Assembly (NCBI RefSeq): GCF_018128925.1 | Contig: NZ_CP067007.1 | Span: 628,164-660,163, forward strand | Reading direction: 5' to 3' | Length of the DNA stretch: 32,000 nt | Source of the DNA: Nitrosopumilus sp. K4 | GTDB taxonomy: Archaea > Thermoproteota > Nitrososphaeria > Nitrososphaerales > Nitrosopumilaceae | Shown here: positions 14,880 through 22,532 of the stretch, piece by piece | How positions within the stretch are numbered: position 1 is the stretch's first letter | Layout of the letters: the number at the start of each line of letters is the position of its first letter | Program-made: the position numbers and the translations under genes | The notes under the pieces: model-generated | The model's database searches: none | What the model was told of the DNA's origin: nothing | Seen by the model: only the letters and a program-made list of their open reading frames with translations

Positions 14880-15631
14880 TTCAATTTGGCCTCCTCTTCT
14901 TCAAGTGTTTCTAACTCTTTCATCTTTTCTTCTTCTAATGCAATTTGTTCAGATTCTGTTCTTGCTTTTCTTTCTGCTTCAGTTTCATCTCTCATCTTTC
15001 CTGTGTCTGCATCTTTGACTTGTTTTACTTTCTTTGGTTTCACAGTCTTTAATTCAAATTCTGGTACGAATTTTTCTTTTCTTGCAATTCTGATTCTGAT
15101 TCCAATTAATCCCATTGGTGTTTTAACATGTGCGATGTCCTCATCTACAATGACTTCTGCATGGTGGCCTGCTCTTGGCAAAATTCCTGCAGTGTGTTTT
15201 TCAAATGCAGAACGGTCACCTCGTAATTTTCCTGAAATTGTGATTTGAACTCCCATTGCACCGTTTTCCATAATTTGCTTTAGTGTCCACATTGTTGCTC
15301 TTCTAAAAGCTGTTCCACGCTCAATATGTGATGCCATTCTGTTACACATCACACTTGGTGATAATTCCGGCTTGTCTATCTCCACTACTGAAATTTGTGG
15401 GTTTTTTAATCCAAAGTCTGTTGCAAGTTTGTCTGTTAACTCTCTAATTCCTGAACCTTTTCTTCCGATTACGATTCCTGGTCTTGTAACATGTAATGCC
15501 ACTCTTGTTCCTGTTGGTGTTTTTGAAATCTCAGCATGTGAAAAACCTGCTTCTTTAATTGCTGCTCTGAGATAATCTTTGAGCAACATCATGTTGTAAT
15601 TGTCTTTGATTACATTTTTGACTGATGACAT
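14876..15631 (-). CDS. rps3: 30S ribosomal protein uS3 with Lys/Glu-rich C-terminal extension
   Basis: 251 aa. KH domain [19 protein letters not shown]. Acidic/basic tail ...[20 protein letters not shown]. Confidence 0.93.
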   Translation of the reverse strand: MSSVKNVIKDNYNMMLLKDYLRAAIKEAGFSHAEISKTPTGTRVALHVTRPGIVIGRKGSGIRELTDKLATDFGLKNPQISVVEIDKPELSPSVMCNRMASHIERGTAFRRATMWTLKQIMENGAMGVQITISGKLRGDRSAFEKHTAGILPRAGHHAEVIVDEDIAHVKTPMGLIGIRIRIARKEKFVPEFELKTVKPKKVKQVKDADTGKMRDETEAERKARTESEQIALEEEKMKELETLEEEEAKLK

Positions 15632-15632
15632 T

Positions 15633-16100
15633 TTAAATCTCCTGAGCCACCAACTCTACATGTGTTAAGACGTTGTTCTTTGGAGTTGCTCTTCCCATGG
15701 CCCTTGGGATGAATCTTTTTACTAGTACTCCTTTGTGAACTGTTGCATTTACAATTTTTAATCTATCTAAATCCATTCCTTTGTATTCTGCATTTGATTC
15801 TAAATTGTCTAAAACCTTGATGAATTCTTTTGCGGTTTTTTGTGGATATCGTCCAGACATCATTCCAGGATCTGCTCTATGTCCTACTTGGTTGTTGAAT
15901 CTTCTAAATGCAATTGCTCTTTCTTTGTTGACTACTGCTTGGAGATAGTCTCTTGCTTTTTCAATTGATAGACCTTTGATTGCAACAGCAACTTCACGTG
16001 CATGTTTGTGTGAGATACCTTTCTCTCTTAATGAAGAGCGAACATGCTTTGTTGCGTCATAATTTTGAAATGCGTATCCGAATCTTCCCATATCAATCAC
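15633..16100 (-). CDS. rpl22: 50S ribosomal protein uL22
   Basis: 155 aa with typical archaeal L22 sequence. 4-nt overlap with uS19. Confidence 0.92.
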   Translation of the reverse strand: MIDMGRFGYAFQNYDATKHVRSSLREKGISHKHAREVAVAIKGLSIEKARDYLQAVVNKERAIAFRRFNNQVGHRADPGMMSGRYPQKTAKEFIKVLDNLESNAEYKGMDLDRLKIVNATVHKGVLVKRFIPRAMGRATPKNNVLTHVELVAQEI

Positions 16101-16492
16101 TTCAGTGGCACATAGAGACTGGATCGTGATGCTCCTACACCTGGTGCACCATGTGAGACTCTTCTGTTTGTTATTACATATTCACCCAAGTAATGTCCAA
16201 TCATTTCTGTTTTAATGTGGACTGGAACGAATTCTTTACCTGAGAAAACATTTACTGGAACGCCTACCATGTATGGCAGGATAATTAAATCTCTACAATG
16301 AGTTTTGATTGGATTTTTTAGCTTCCCTGCTTTTGCTGCTTTGATCTCTTCAATTAATTTTCTTTTACCGTCGGTAATTCCTCTTGTAAGTGATCTTCTT
16401 TGTCTTGAATTGAATAATTGGAATAATTTTTCTAATGACATATTTTCTAATTCTGCCTGTGGGATTCCTCTGTATGAAAATTCTTTAACCAT
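16097..16492 (-). CDS. rps19: 30S ribosomal protein uS19
   Basis: 131 aa. ...MIGHYLGEYVITNRRVSHGAPGVGASRSS is typical of S19. Confidence 0.93.
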   Translation of the reverse strand: MVKEFSYRGIPQAELENMSLEKLFQLFNSRQRRSLTRGITDGKRKLIEEIKAAKAGKLKNPIKTHCRDLIILPYMVGVPVNVFSGKEFVPVHIKTEMIGHYLGEYVITNRRVSHGAPGVGASRSSLYVPLK

Positions 16493-16539
16493 TTTACATT
16501 ATCTCCTTTGTTTGTATTGTTGAGGTTCTATGGTCCATA

Positions 16540-16806
16540 TTATAGCATTCCTATCTTTGTTGCGAGGTCACGAGCTTTTTCAGTTGTTTCAAACTGTACA
16601 AATGCTTTCTTTCCATAAATTGTTCTTGCAGTGTTTACGCTTATTGCTTTTTGATTGTAAAGTGCATTAACAGCTTCTGCAATTTGTGGTTTACTTGCTG
16701 ATCTGTCTACGATAAAACAAATTTTACTTTCATTTTCTACCATTGCAAATGTTTTTTCTGTGATGTATGGTTTCAAAATAATTTTAACTGCTTGATCTAC
16801 ATTCAT
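16540..16806 (-). CDS. rpl23: 50S ribosomal protein uL23
   Basis: 88 aa. ILKPYITEK...FIVDRSASKPQI is typical of L23. Confidence 0.92.
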   Translation of the reverse strand: MNVDQAVKIILKPYITEKTFAMVENESKICFIVDRSASKPQIAEAVNALYNQKAISVNTARTIYGKKAFVQFETTEKARDLATKIGML

Positions 16807-17615
16807 TGTACTTTCACCATTACCTCCAGATGTGTTGATTTTATTTTTGCAATTTCATCTAATGCTGATTTTGTATATACTGTTAATCTAATGGGGTCTG
16901 AGCCTGGAGCTAAATCCAAAACACTAAGATCTTTTACTGCTTTTACTTCTACTCCTGGAAGTGTTCCGCATGCTTTGCTAATTTTTGATGAATCTTTTGT
17001 GACAAACAAAACACTCTTTCCGACTTTCTTGCTTCTTCCTCTAAGTGATGACTTTCCTGATCTTGCTTTTCTTGCTTCTAATCTGTTAACGTCATCCATT
17101 AGCTTCAATGATTCTAATGCTTTAGAAATTTCAGTTGCCTTGGTGATTGATTCAATCTCATCAGACACAACAATTGGAAATGATTCTATCTTGTCGACCT
17201 TGTGGCCTCTTGATTCTACTAACTTCTTTGATGCTGTTGCTGCAATTGCAGAACAAAGTGCTAATTTATTTTCTTTTTTGTTTAGTTTCTTATGAATGAC
17301 TTTGTCAACTATTGGTGGATGGGCTTGTCTTCCTCCTCTTACTGATGCTACTCCTCCTGCCTGACCTTGTCGTCCACCTCCCCCGCCTCTCATCTTGGCA
17401 ATACGTGATTGGCCTTGACCTGTTGGAGGATCATTTGATCTTGCGACAACATCCATACCTGCAGTTGGATGTCTTCCCTGTGGTTGGAATTTGTGTGAGT
17501 TTAGATTAGTGTATGCTTTATGAATTAACTCTGGTCTAAATGGTGTTGAGAATACTAGTGGGAGTTCTATGTCTCCTTCTTTTGCACCGCTAATTGAAAA
17601 TGTTGTGGTTTTCAT
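16803..17615 (-). CDS. rpl4: 50S ribosomal protein uL4
   Basis: 270 aa. Gly/Arg-rich loop RIAKMRGGGGGRQGQAGGVASVRGGR is typical of archaeal L4. Confidence 0.93.
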   Translation of the reverse strand: MKTTTFSISGAKEGDIELPLVFSTPFRPELIHKAYTNLNSHKFQPQGRHPTAGMDVVARSNDPPTGQGQSRIAKMRGGGGGRQGQAGGVASVRGGRQAHPPIVDKVIHKKLNKKENKLALCSAIAATASKKLVESRGHKVDKIESFPIVVSDEIESITKATEISKALESLKLMDDVNRLEARKARSGKSSLRGRSKKVGKSVLFVTKDSSKISKACGTLPGVEVKAVKDLSVLDLAPGSDPIRLTVYTKSALDEIAKIKSTHLEVMVKVQ

Positions 17616-18607
17616 TATACAACTACCTCCAAAATATTTGGTTTTGTTACTTTGGGTGGAGCATTTCTGATTTGACTTCTCAGTTTGATTAGTCTTCTAT
17701 ATGTTCCAGGAACTGAACCTTTTAGAATGATGAAATCCCCTTTGACAAGACCAAAGTGTTTGTAACCTCCTTCGGGATTTATTTTCATTTCATTTTCTTC
17801 AGTATTGCTTATGATCATGATTCTTTTGTCATATTCAACTCTTTGATGAAATCCCATTTGTCCTGCTCTTGGAACTGTGTACATGATGTTCTGTGGTGAA
17901 ATTGGACCAAGTGAACCTAGTTCTCTTACAGTCTTTCTTGATTTGTGTTGTTTTCTCTTTGCACCCATTCTTTGAATGACTCCTTGCCATCCTTTACCTT
18001 TTGTAATTGCTGCAACGTCAACACTTGCACCTGTTTCAAAAATCTGATCAATCTTAATTTCTTTACCAAGTAATTCTTTTACATGTGCAAATTGTTTTTG
18101 TATGTCTCCTCCACTTACTGATGCTTCAAAGACATATGGTTTCTTTTGCTCTAATCCTGCGTCTCTTGGCGAAACTGCTACAATTGCAAAAATCTCTTTA
18201 ATTTTTCCTAATTTTTTTTCTGCATCATCTATTGCACCTTCTTTGTTTTTTACAGAAATTTCTTTAGATATGTTCTTTGGAAGTTCCTCTGCATATACAT
18301 CAAATTCTGCATGTCTTCCGTTGTGATCTTTTGAATATCCTCTAACTCCTAAAACTAACACTGGTGGAGTTACTAATACTGTCCCGAGACTTACGAGTTG
18401 TTTTCCTGCGTTTGGTGTTTTGTCTCTGTCATCAATACTGACAATTTGAACACACCCTGCTTTGAAACCACAATGAGCTAGAATCTTTGGCTCTTCAGAA
18501 GCAAGCTTTGGCCAAGCTCTGATTCGTGCCTCCATACTTTGAGCACGTTTTCTTGGATAGTATGCCATACTTCCTCTACGTGGCTGACTGTGTTTTCTAT
18601 GTCCCAT
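17615..18607 (-). CDS. rpl3: 50S ribosomal protein uL3
   Basis: 330 aa. MGHRKHSQPRRGS is the N-terminus typical of archaeal L3. First gene of the operon. Confidence 0.95.
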   Translation of the reverse strand: MGHRKHSQPRRGSMAYYPRKRAQSMEARIRAWPKLASEEPKILAHCGFKAGCVQIVSIDDRDKTPNAGKQLVSLGTVLVTPPVLVLGVRGYSKDHNGRHAEFDVYAEELPKNISKEISVKNKEGAIDDAEKKLGKIKEIFAIVAVSPRDAGLEQKKPYVFEASVSGGDIQKQFAHVKELLGKEIKIDQIFETGASVDVAAITKGKGWQGVIQRMGAKRKQHKSRKTVRELGSLGPISPQNIMYTVPRAGQMGFHQRVEYDKRIMIISNTEENEMKINPEGGYKHFGLVKGDFIILKGSVPGTYRRLIKLRSQIRNAPPKVTKPNILEVVV

Positions 18608-18655
18608 GGATAACCCACAATCATCGAAAACCGTCTAATAAACCCTGTGAGAAGT

Positions 18656-18685
18656 GGTTAACCTTGAAAATTTACTTGGTTAACA
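18656..18685 (-). promoter_or_regulatory. Dyad-symmetric candidate operator, TGTTAACC-N14-GGTTAACC on the gene strand, upstream of rpl3
   Basis: The plus strand reads tGGTTAACC-ttgaaaatttactt-GGTTAACAa. Located 49-78 bp upstream of the rpl3 ATG and about 20 bp upstream of TATA-like gtttattag. Shares the 11-mer GGTTAACCTTG with the bioB site. Confidence 0.4.
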
Positions 18686-18704
18686 ATAATTTTCTTAATT
18701 TGGA

Positions 18705-18815
18705 TCATGGTTCAAGCAGACTTGATGCTGTATTCCATATTGTAATCGCACCAAAAACCACACCTGCTACTCCTAATCCTATTGCCAATATCAAAAAATT
18801 TTTTCTCTCAACCAT
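18705..18815 (-). CDS. Candidate small membrane protein (36 aa)
   Basis: Hand translation gives MVERKNFLILAIGLGVAGVVFGAITIWNTASSLLEP. The ATG overlaps the SPOUT gene stop (ATGGTTGA). One clear TM helix. Below the ORF-track cutoff. Confidence 0.3.
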   Translation of the reverse strand: MVERKNFLILAIGLGVAGVVFGAITIWNTASSLLEP

Positions 18816-19641
18816 TATTTCCAATATTTTGACCAATACTATATGCATTAATGATTGCAAGTGTGCCTAGGATGGCTTCTTCCAAACGGACAGTCTCTGT
18901 TGCCTGGTTTGGGAAAAAATTTAATGATTTTGCATTTTGAATGTTCTTTAGTTTTCCTCCCAGAATTTCATGTACTCCCTTTTCAGGAGATCCAAAAATC
19001 AGCAGAGTCGGGATGTTTGTCTTTATGTATTTTGATAATTGTTCTTTTGTAGCCGTTTTTCCTTTTCTTGATGTAATTATGGTGTTACCTTTCCATTCTG
19101 TCATTAGGGAAAATAAATTTGATCTTTCTTTAACAGAATAGCCCCAATACGTTGGAATTTCACTACGTTGTATTTCTTTGACTGAAAAATCTGGATATCC
19201 TACTTTGAATTGAACTGTAGTCCTCTTCCCAATTCCAGATTTGCCAAAATATGGTACTAGTTGATTTATTCCAACATCCACAAACCTCTTTCCTTTTATG
19301 CTAACTACTATTCCTTCTCTGATGTCTCCTCTGTTGATCTTTTTTGGGTTTGCAGGTGTTATGTGGCTTGGAATTTTTAGAGGTTGTAGGACTCCTGCAA
19401 ATTTTAATTCATTCATTTTTGGAAAAAGTCTCTTTCTGAGAAATTGAGGTGTTTCTAAATACTTCAAAATAGTTACAAGTAGATTTCCATCTTCTTTGTT
19501 ATTTCCTTCTTGATAAACATAAATTGTATCTATTTTAAAAATTGCACACGCTCTTGCAAGAATTGAAATTTTTCTTGTTTTATCCATTTTTGTGGTTTCA
19601 TCAGACAAAGATGATTCTGGAATTGCAATAGATAGTTTCAA
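18808..19641 (-). CDS. SPOUT-superfamily putative RNA methyltransferase (DUF171 / COG2106)
   Basis: 277 aa. LSIAIPESSLSDE...ISILARACAIFKIDTIYVY...ETPQFLRK matches the DUF171 pattern. In archaea this family commonly sits just upstream of rpl3. Confidence 0.8.
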   Translation of the reverse strand: MKLSIAIPESSLSDETTKMDKTRKISILARACAIFKIDTIYVYQEGNNKEDGNLLVTILKYLETPQFLRKRLFPKMNELKFAGVLQPLKIPSHITPANPKKINRGDIREGIVVSIKGKRFVDVGINQLVPYFGKSGIGKRTTVQFKVGYPDFSVKEIQRSEIPTYWGYSVKERSNLFSLMTEWKGNTIITSRKGKTATKEQLSKYIKTNIPTLLIFGSPEKGVHEILGGKLKNIQNAKSLNFFPNQATETVRLEEAILGTLAIINAYSIGQNIGNNG

Positions 19642-19668
19642 TGTAATAATTCACGCAGAATTTAAAAA

Positions 19669-20406
19669 TTAGTTTTTATCGTGTGGATACTTCTCTTTGG
19701 CAGTAGTTGCATATGTTTTAATTTGATTTTCTGAAATAATTTCAAACAAACCACTATCTGATCTTATGTGTGCCATTCTGATATGGCTTGTTCCTTCTTT
19801 ATCTTCACTTGCTAAATAAATTCCAGCAGCTGCCAGTGCAGATGCATCCTCTAGTGAAAGATCTTCCTTGTATGTTTTTTCTAGAAAGTCTGTTACTTGA
19901 TCAGAACCTGAGCCAATGGCAATTGCATCATATGAGATGTAAGTTCCACTAGGATCTGTTAAGAATAACTGGGGTTTGCTATTGATGACCCCGCCTAATA
20001 TTAGGGCCACACCAAATGGTCTTACTCCTGCATATTGTGTAAATTGCTGACACTGATCAGCCAAATGTTTTGCAATCGTTTCAACTTCTACTGCTTCATC
20101 GTAAATCATTTTGTTGCTTTGTGAAAAGAACCTTGCATTATCTACCTGACTTCTTGCATCTGGAATGTATCCTGCAGCTGCAACTCCTACATGATCATCA
20201 ATTTGGAAAATCTTTTGAGCAGTCTCTGAAATTTGCAGTTTTCTTGGTTTTTCCTCTACTGCTATCACGATCCCTTCTTTACATTTTATGCCTACTGCAA
20301 CAGTGCCTCTTCTTACTGTTTCAATTGCATATTCTACCTGATACAATCTACCGTCCGGTGAAAATACCGTGATTGCTCTGTCGTAACCTTGTTGTGCAGG
20401 AAGCAT
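19669..20406 (-). CDS. psmA: Proteasome subunit alpha
   Basis: 245 aa. GYDRAITVFSPDGRLYQVEYA is the alpha-subunit signature. Confidence 0.95.
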   Translation of the reverse strand: MLPAQQGYDRAITVFSPDGRLYQVEYAIETVRRGTVAVGIKCKEGIVIAVEEKPRKLQISETAQKIFQIDDHVGVAAAGYIPDARSQVDNARFFSQSNKMIYDEAVEVETIAKHLADQCQQFTQYAGVRPFGVALILGGVINSKPQLFLTDPSGTYISYDAIAIGSGSDQVTDFLEKTYKEDLSLEDASALAAAGIYLASEDKEGTSHIRMAHIRSDSGLFEIISENQIKTYATTAKEKYPHDKN

Positions 20407-20425
20407 TTGATTCCAATGCTTTGAA

Positions 20426-20438
20426 AGTTTAATTTAAA
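20426..20438. promoter_or_regulatory. Palindromic TATA-like element (GTTTAATTTAAAC) in the psmA/DUF371 divergent spacer
   Basis: Perfect 13-bp palindrome centred about 26 nt upstream of the psmA ATG, consistent with a leaderless psmA transcript. It could serve both directions. Confidence 0.35.
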
Positions 20439-20528
20439 CTCTGCCCATATGCTGAATCTCTTTCCGCTAAGATCGGAGCCTGTCTCAAATCACAAAATAT
20501 GTTTCTCAAGATTAATTTGAGTCTGTTG

Positions 20529-20957
20529 ATGGTAAATATCGTGCAATTTGAGATAGATTTTTTCGGACATGAAAATATTAGATCAAACCATCAAAAAACA
20601 ATTGAGATTACAAAAGAATCAGATCTTACTCCTCAGGGTGATTGTATAATTGGAGTAAATGCTACTTCCAGCTGTTCTGATTTGCCTCTTGCAATGAAAG
20701 AAAAACTAAAGGATCCTAAAACAAAGGTGTCATTTCTAATTAAAGTAGATGAGTATGAGTTTACTGTTGAGGGCAGAGGACATGAAAATCTTTCATTGAC
20801 TCATTCTGAGGATATTGTTATAAGAAAAAGCGACTTTGTATGTCCCAGAACACTGGCTGTAAAATGCGACAAGGCATCTGATGTTTTGCCACGTGAAATG
20901 GTCTCTCTTCTTCGAAATCCAAAAACGAAAGGAAAATTTGTAATTATTATAGAATAA
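20529..20957 (+). CDS. DUF371 domain protein
   Basis: FFGHENIRSNHQKTIEITKESDLTPQGDCIIGVNA matches the conserved DUF371 N-terminus. The second ATG (20529) is preferred over the track start at 20499. Confidence 0.75.
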   Translation: MVNIVQFEIDFFGHENIRSNHQKTIEITKESDLTPQGDCIIGVNATSSCSDLPLAMKEKLKDPKTKVSFLIKVDEYEFTVEGRGHENLSLTHSEDIVIRKSDFVCPRTLAVKCDKASDVLPREMVSLLRNPKTKGKFVIIIE

Positions 20958-20995
20958 ACTGTGACAATTTTATAGGAATACTACTTACTTGCTTT

Positions 20996-21115
20996 ATGGG
21001 TTTGAAAACCAAAATATTCATTTTAGTACCACTAGCTGCTTTTGCTGCAATTATTTTGGGGTTTGGAATGTATAACACCATCTGCAAAAACTCTGTAGTT
21101 GGGTTGAATTGTTGA
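20996..21115 (+). CDS. Candidate small membrane or secreted peptide (39 aa)
   Basis: Hand translation gives MGLKTKIFILVPLAAFAAIILGFGMYNTICKNSVVGLNC. It is more protein-like than the overlapping minus-strand track ORF 20947..21171. Confidence 0.25.
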   Translation: MGLKTKIFILVPLAAFAAIILGFGMYNTICKNSVVGLNC

Positions 21116-21180
21116 CTATATCTGAAATTGTTTTTACCAATTACTATCTTTAGTAAAATCTCCTTTAGCAAGAATTTCTT

Positions 21181-21543
21181 ATGCTATTAGATTTTAGATT
21201 TATTGTGCAAAAACATACTGTTGAATTGCCATTGTCAAAAAAACCCACAGATGCGGAAGTAAGGAAACTAAAAGATTATTTCAGAGAAATGCCCGTTGAT
21301 GAAATTTTGACTGGCTTGAAATTTGCAAAAAATAGATGGTCTGCTAAAGATGCTGGAACATTAAAGGTTGGAAGAAAAAGTATTATTCAAAAAGAAGTCC
21401 ATTCTGTTACAACTGAACAAGCACAATGGAGGCTCAAAAATTGGAAGATGATGATTGCCAATTATCGAAGACGTGGGTATAGCTATCCGACAATTTCTAG
21501 AATAAAGAAAATATTAATTCAAAAAAGCAAAAAGAAAAAATAA
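21181..21543 (+). CDS. Hypothetical basic protein
   Basis: 120 aa. The C-terminal half (RRRGYSYPTISRIKKILIQKSKKKK) could be a DNA/RNA-binding helix. No family recognised. Confidence 0.5.
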   Translation: MLLDFRFIVQKHTVELPLSKKPTDAEVRKLKDYFREMPVDEILTGLKFAKNRWSAKDAGTLKVGRKSIIQKEVHSVTTEQAQWRLKNWKMMIANYRRRGYSYPTISRIKKILIQKSKKKK

Positions 21544-21584
21544 TTTTTCAAAACTATAAACTAGTAGAAAATTGTGGTTTTTTC

Positions 21585-21773
21585 ATGACAATTGAACAAG
21601 CAAAAGAGATGATTAGATCAAAAATAGAATCAAAGGAGAATCAGATTAAATTAAGAAAAAGTCAGGTAGATGCAGGAAAGTTTGAATCCATGATTGAAAT
21701 AATAGAATTTGAAATTAAAAACTTACAAAAAGATATTGAATTTTTAAAATCTTTAAAAATGGAGTTAGAGTGA
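21585..21773 (+). CDS. Small coiled-coil protein
   Basis: 62 aa with a heptad-like Lys/Glu/Ile pattern throughout. No family recognised. Confidence 0.45.
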   Translation: MTIEQAKEMIRSKIESKENQIKLRKSQVDAGKFESMIEIIEFEIKNLQKDIEFLKSLKMELE

Positions 21774-21784
21774 CGTTGTTTTTA

Positions 21785-22438
21785 CTAGATGAAGATATCT
21801 GAATCTCTCTTTTGAACAATCTCATTTTTGAGACTAGCTGGAATATCTGGGATCTGTTCTTTTGTTTGCCCCGCAATTACTGAATGTGCTTCTTCTAATA
21901 TTGCTAATGTGTCAGCACTTTCATGTCCTCCTATGTTCATTGGTTCTACTCCTTGCATTGATGAGCCACTCATTACATCACCAAGAATTTGCGACAAATC
22001 TTGCATTGATGCATTTGCCTCTGGCATGATGCTACTTAATGATGGACTTAATCCCTTGATTATTGACATACAGGGACTAAGTGTCACAACAACATCTCCA
22101 AGTTCTGACACTGTGTTTAATCTAAGTTGAATTTGTTCCATGGATAGTTTTGCACCATTAACCATGTTTTTCATTTTTCTTACTTGGACTAATTCTGCAG
22201 CATACGCTTGAGCGTAAGCATTGTTTCGAGATTTTTGTGCATTTACAACTTTTTCAAAAATACCATCGTGTTTCTTTTGTAATTTTTCGGTGATGTTTTC
22301 TAATTTTGAAATTTGAAACTGTAATTTTTTCTGAGCCACATCGATTTTATTTTTTAATGGAATGTCTGGTTTTACTTTTCCCATTACTCTTTGAGATATG
22401 CTTTCTCTTTCAGTTTTGTTCCAAGAATTGCTGATCAA
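21785..22438 (-). CDS. cdvB: ESCRT-III (Snf7/Vps2 family) protein, CdvB-like cell-division protein
   Basis: 217 aa. Long helical hairpin (KIDVAQKKLQFQISKLENITEKLQ...AAELVQVRKMKNMVNGAKLSMEQIQLRLNTVSELGDVVVTL.P) and an acidic C-terminus with a Pro-containing IPDIPASL motif. Start is a TTG at 22438; the first ATG is at 22384. Confidence 0.65.
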   Translation of the reverse strand: MISNSWNKTERESISQRVMGKVKPDIPLKNKIDVAQKKLQFQISKLENITEKLQKKHDGIFEKVVNAQKSRNNAYAQAYAAELVQVRKMKNMVNGAKLSMEQIQLRLNTVSELGDVVVTLSPCMSIIKGLSPSLSSIMPEANASMQDLSQILGDVMSGSSMQGVEPMNIGGHESADTLAILEEAHSVIAGQTKEQIPDIPASLKNEIVQKRDSDIFI

Positions 22439-22485
22439 ACCTAACTTTCCTCATTCTGACTCGAAAATTTTCTTTTAAACAGGTT

Positions 22486-22532
22486 TGTAACCGTAGGGTG
22501 TGTCACTCTGGTTACATAAGGGGATGGTTACA
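22486..22532 (-). promoter_or_regulatory. Candidate operator: TGTAACC-N17-GGTTACA dyad plus an extra GGTTACA half-site, upstream of the cdvB-like gene
   Basis: The plus strand reads TGTAACC(22486-92)-gtagggtgtgtcactct-GGTTACA(22510-16)-taaggggat-GGTTACA(22526-32). The proximal half-site is about 5 bp from TATA-like tttaaaag on the gene strand. Confidence 0.35.

Noticed and set aside
10902-18870. Numerous plus-strand track ORFs inside the ribosomal operon (for example 16792..17295 at 167 aa, 14886..15248 at 120 aa, 18526..18870 at 114 aa, 11566..11889, 10902..11225)
   Set aside because: All are antisense to strongly supported ribosomal protein genes. They are low-complexity Ser/Phe/Leu-rich shadows with no recognisable domains.
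20386-20396. GTAACCTTG / CAAGGTTAC match to the dyad half-site near the psmA start
   Set aside because: It lies inside the psmA coding sequence, where it encodes the conserved QQGYD, and has no partner half-site. It is attributed to codon constraint.
20947-21171. 74-aa minus-strand ORF
   Set aside because: No homology signal and unconvincing sequence. The plus-strand 39-aa TM peptide in the same interval is at least as plausible. Both have low confidence.
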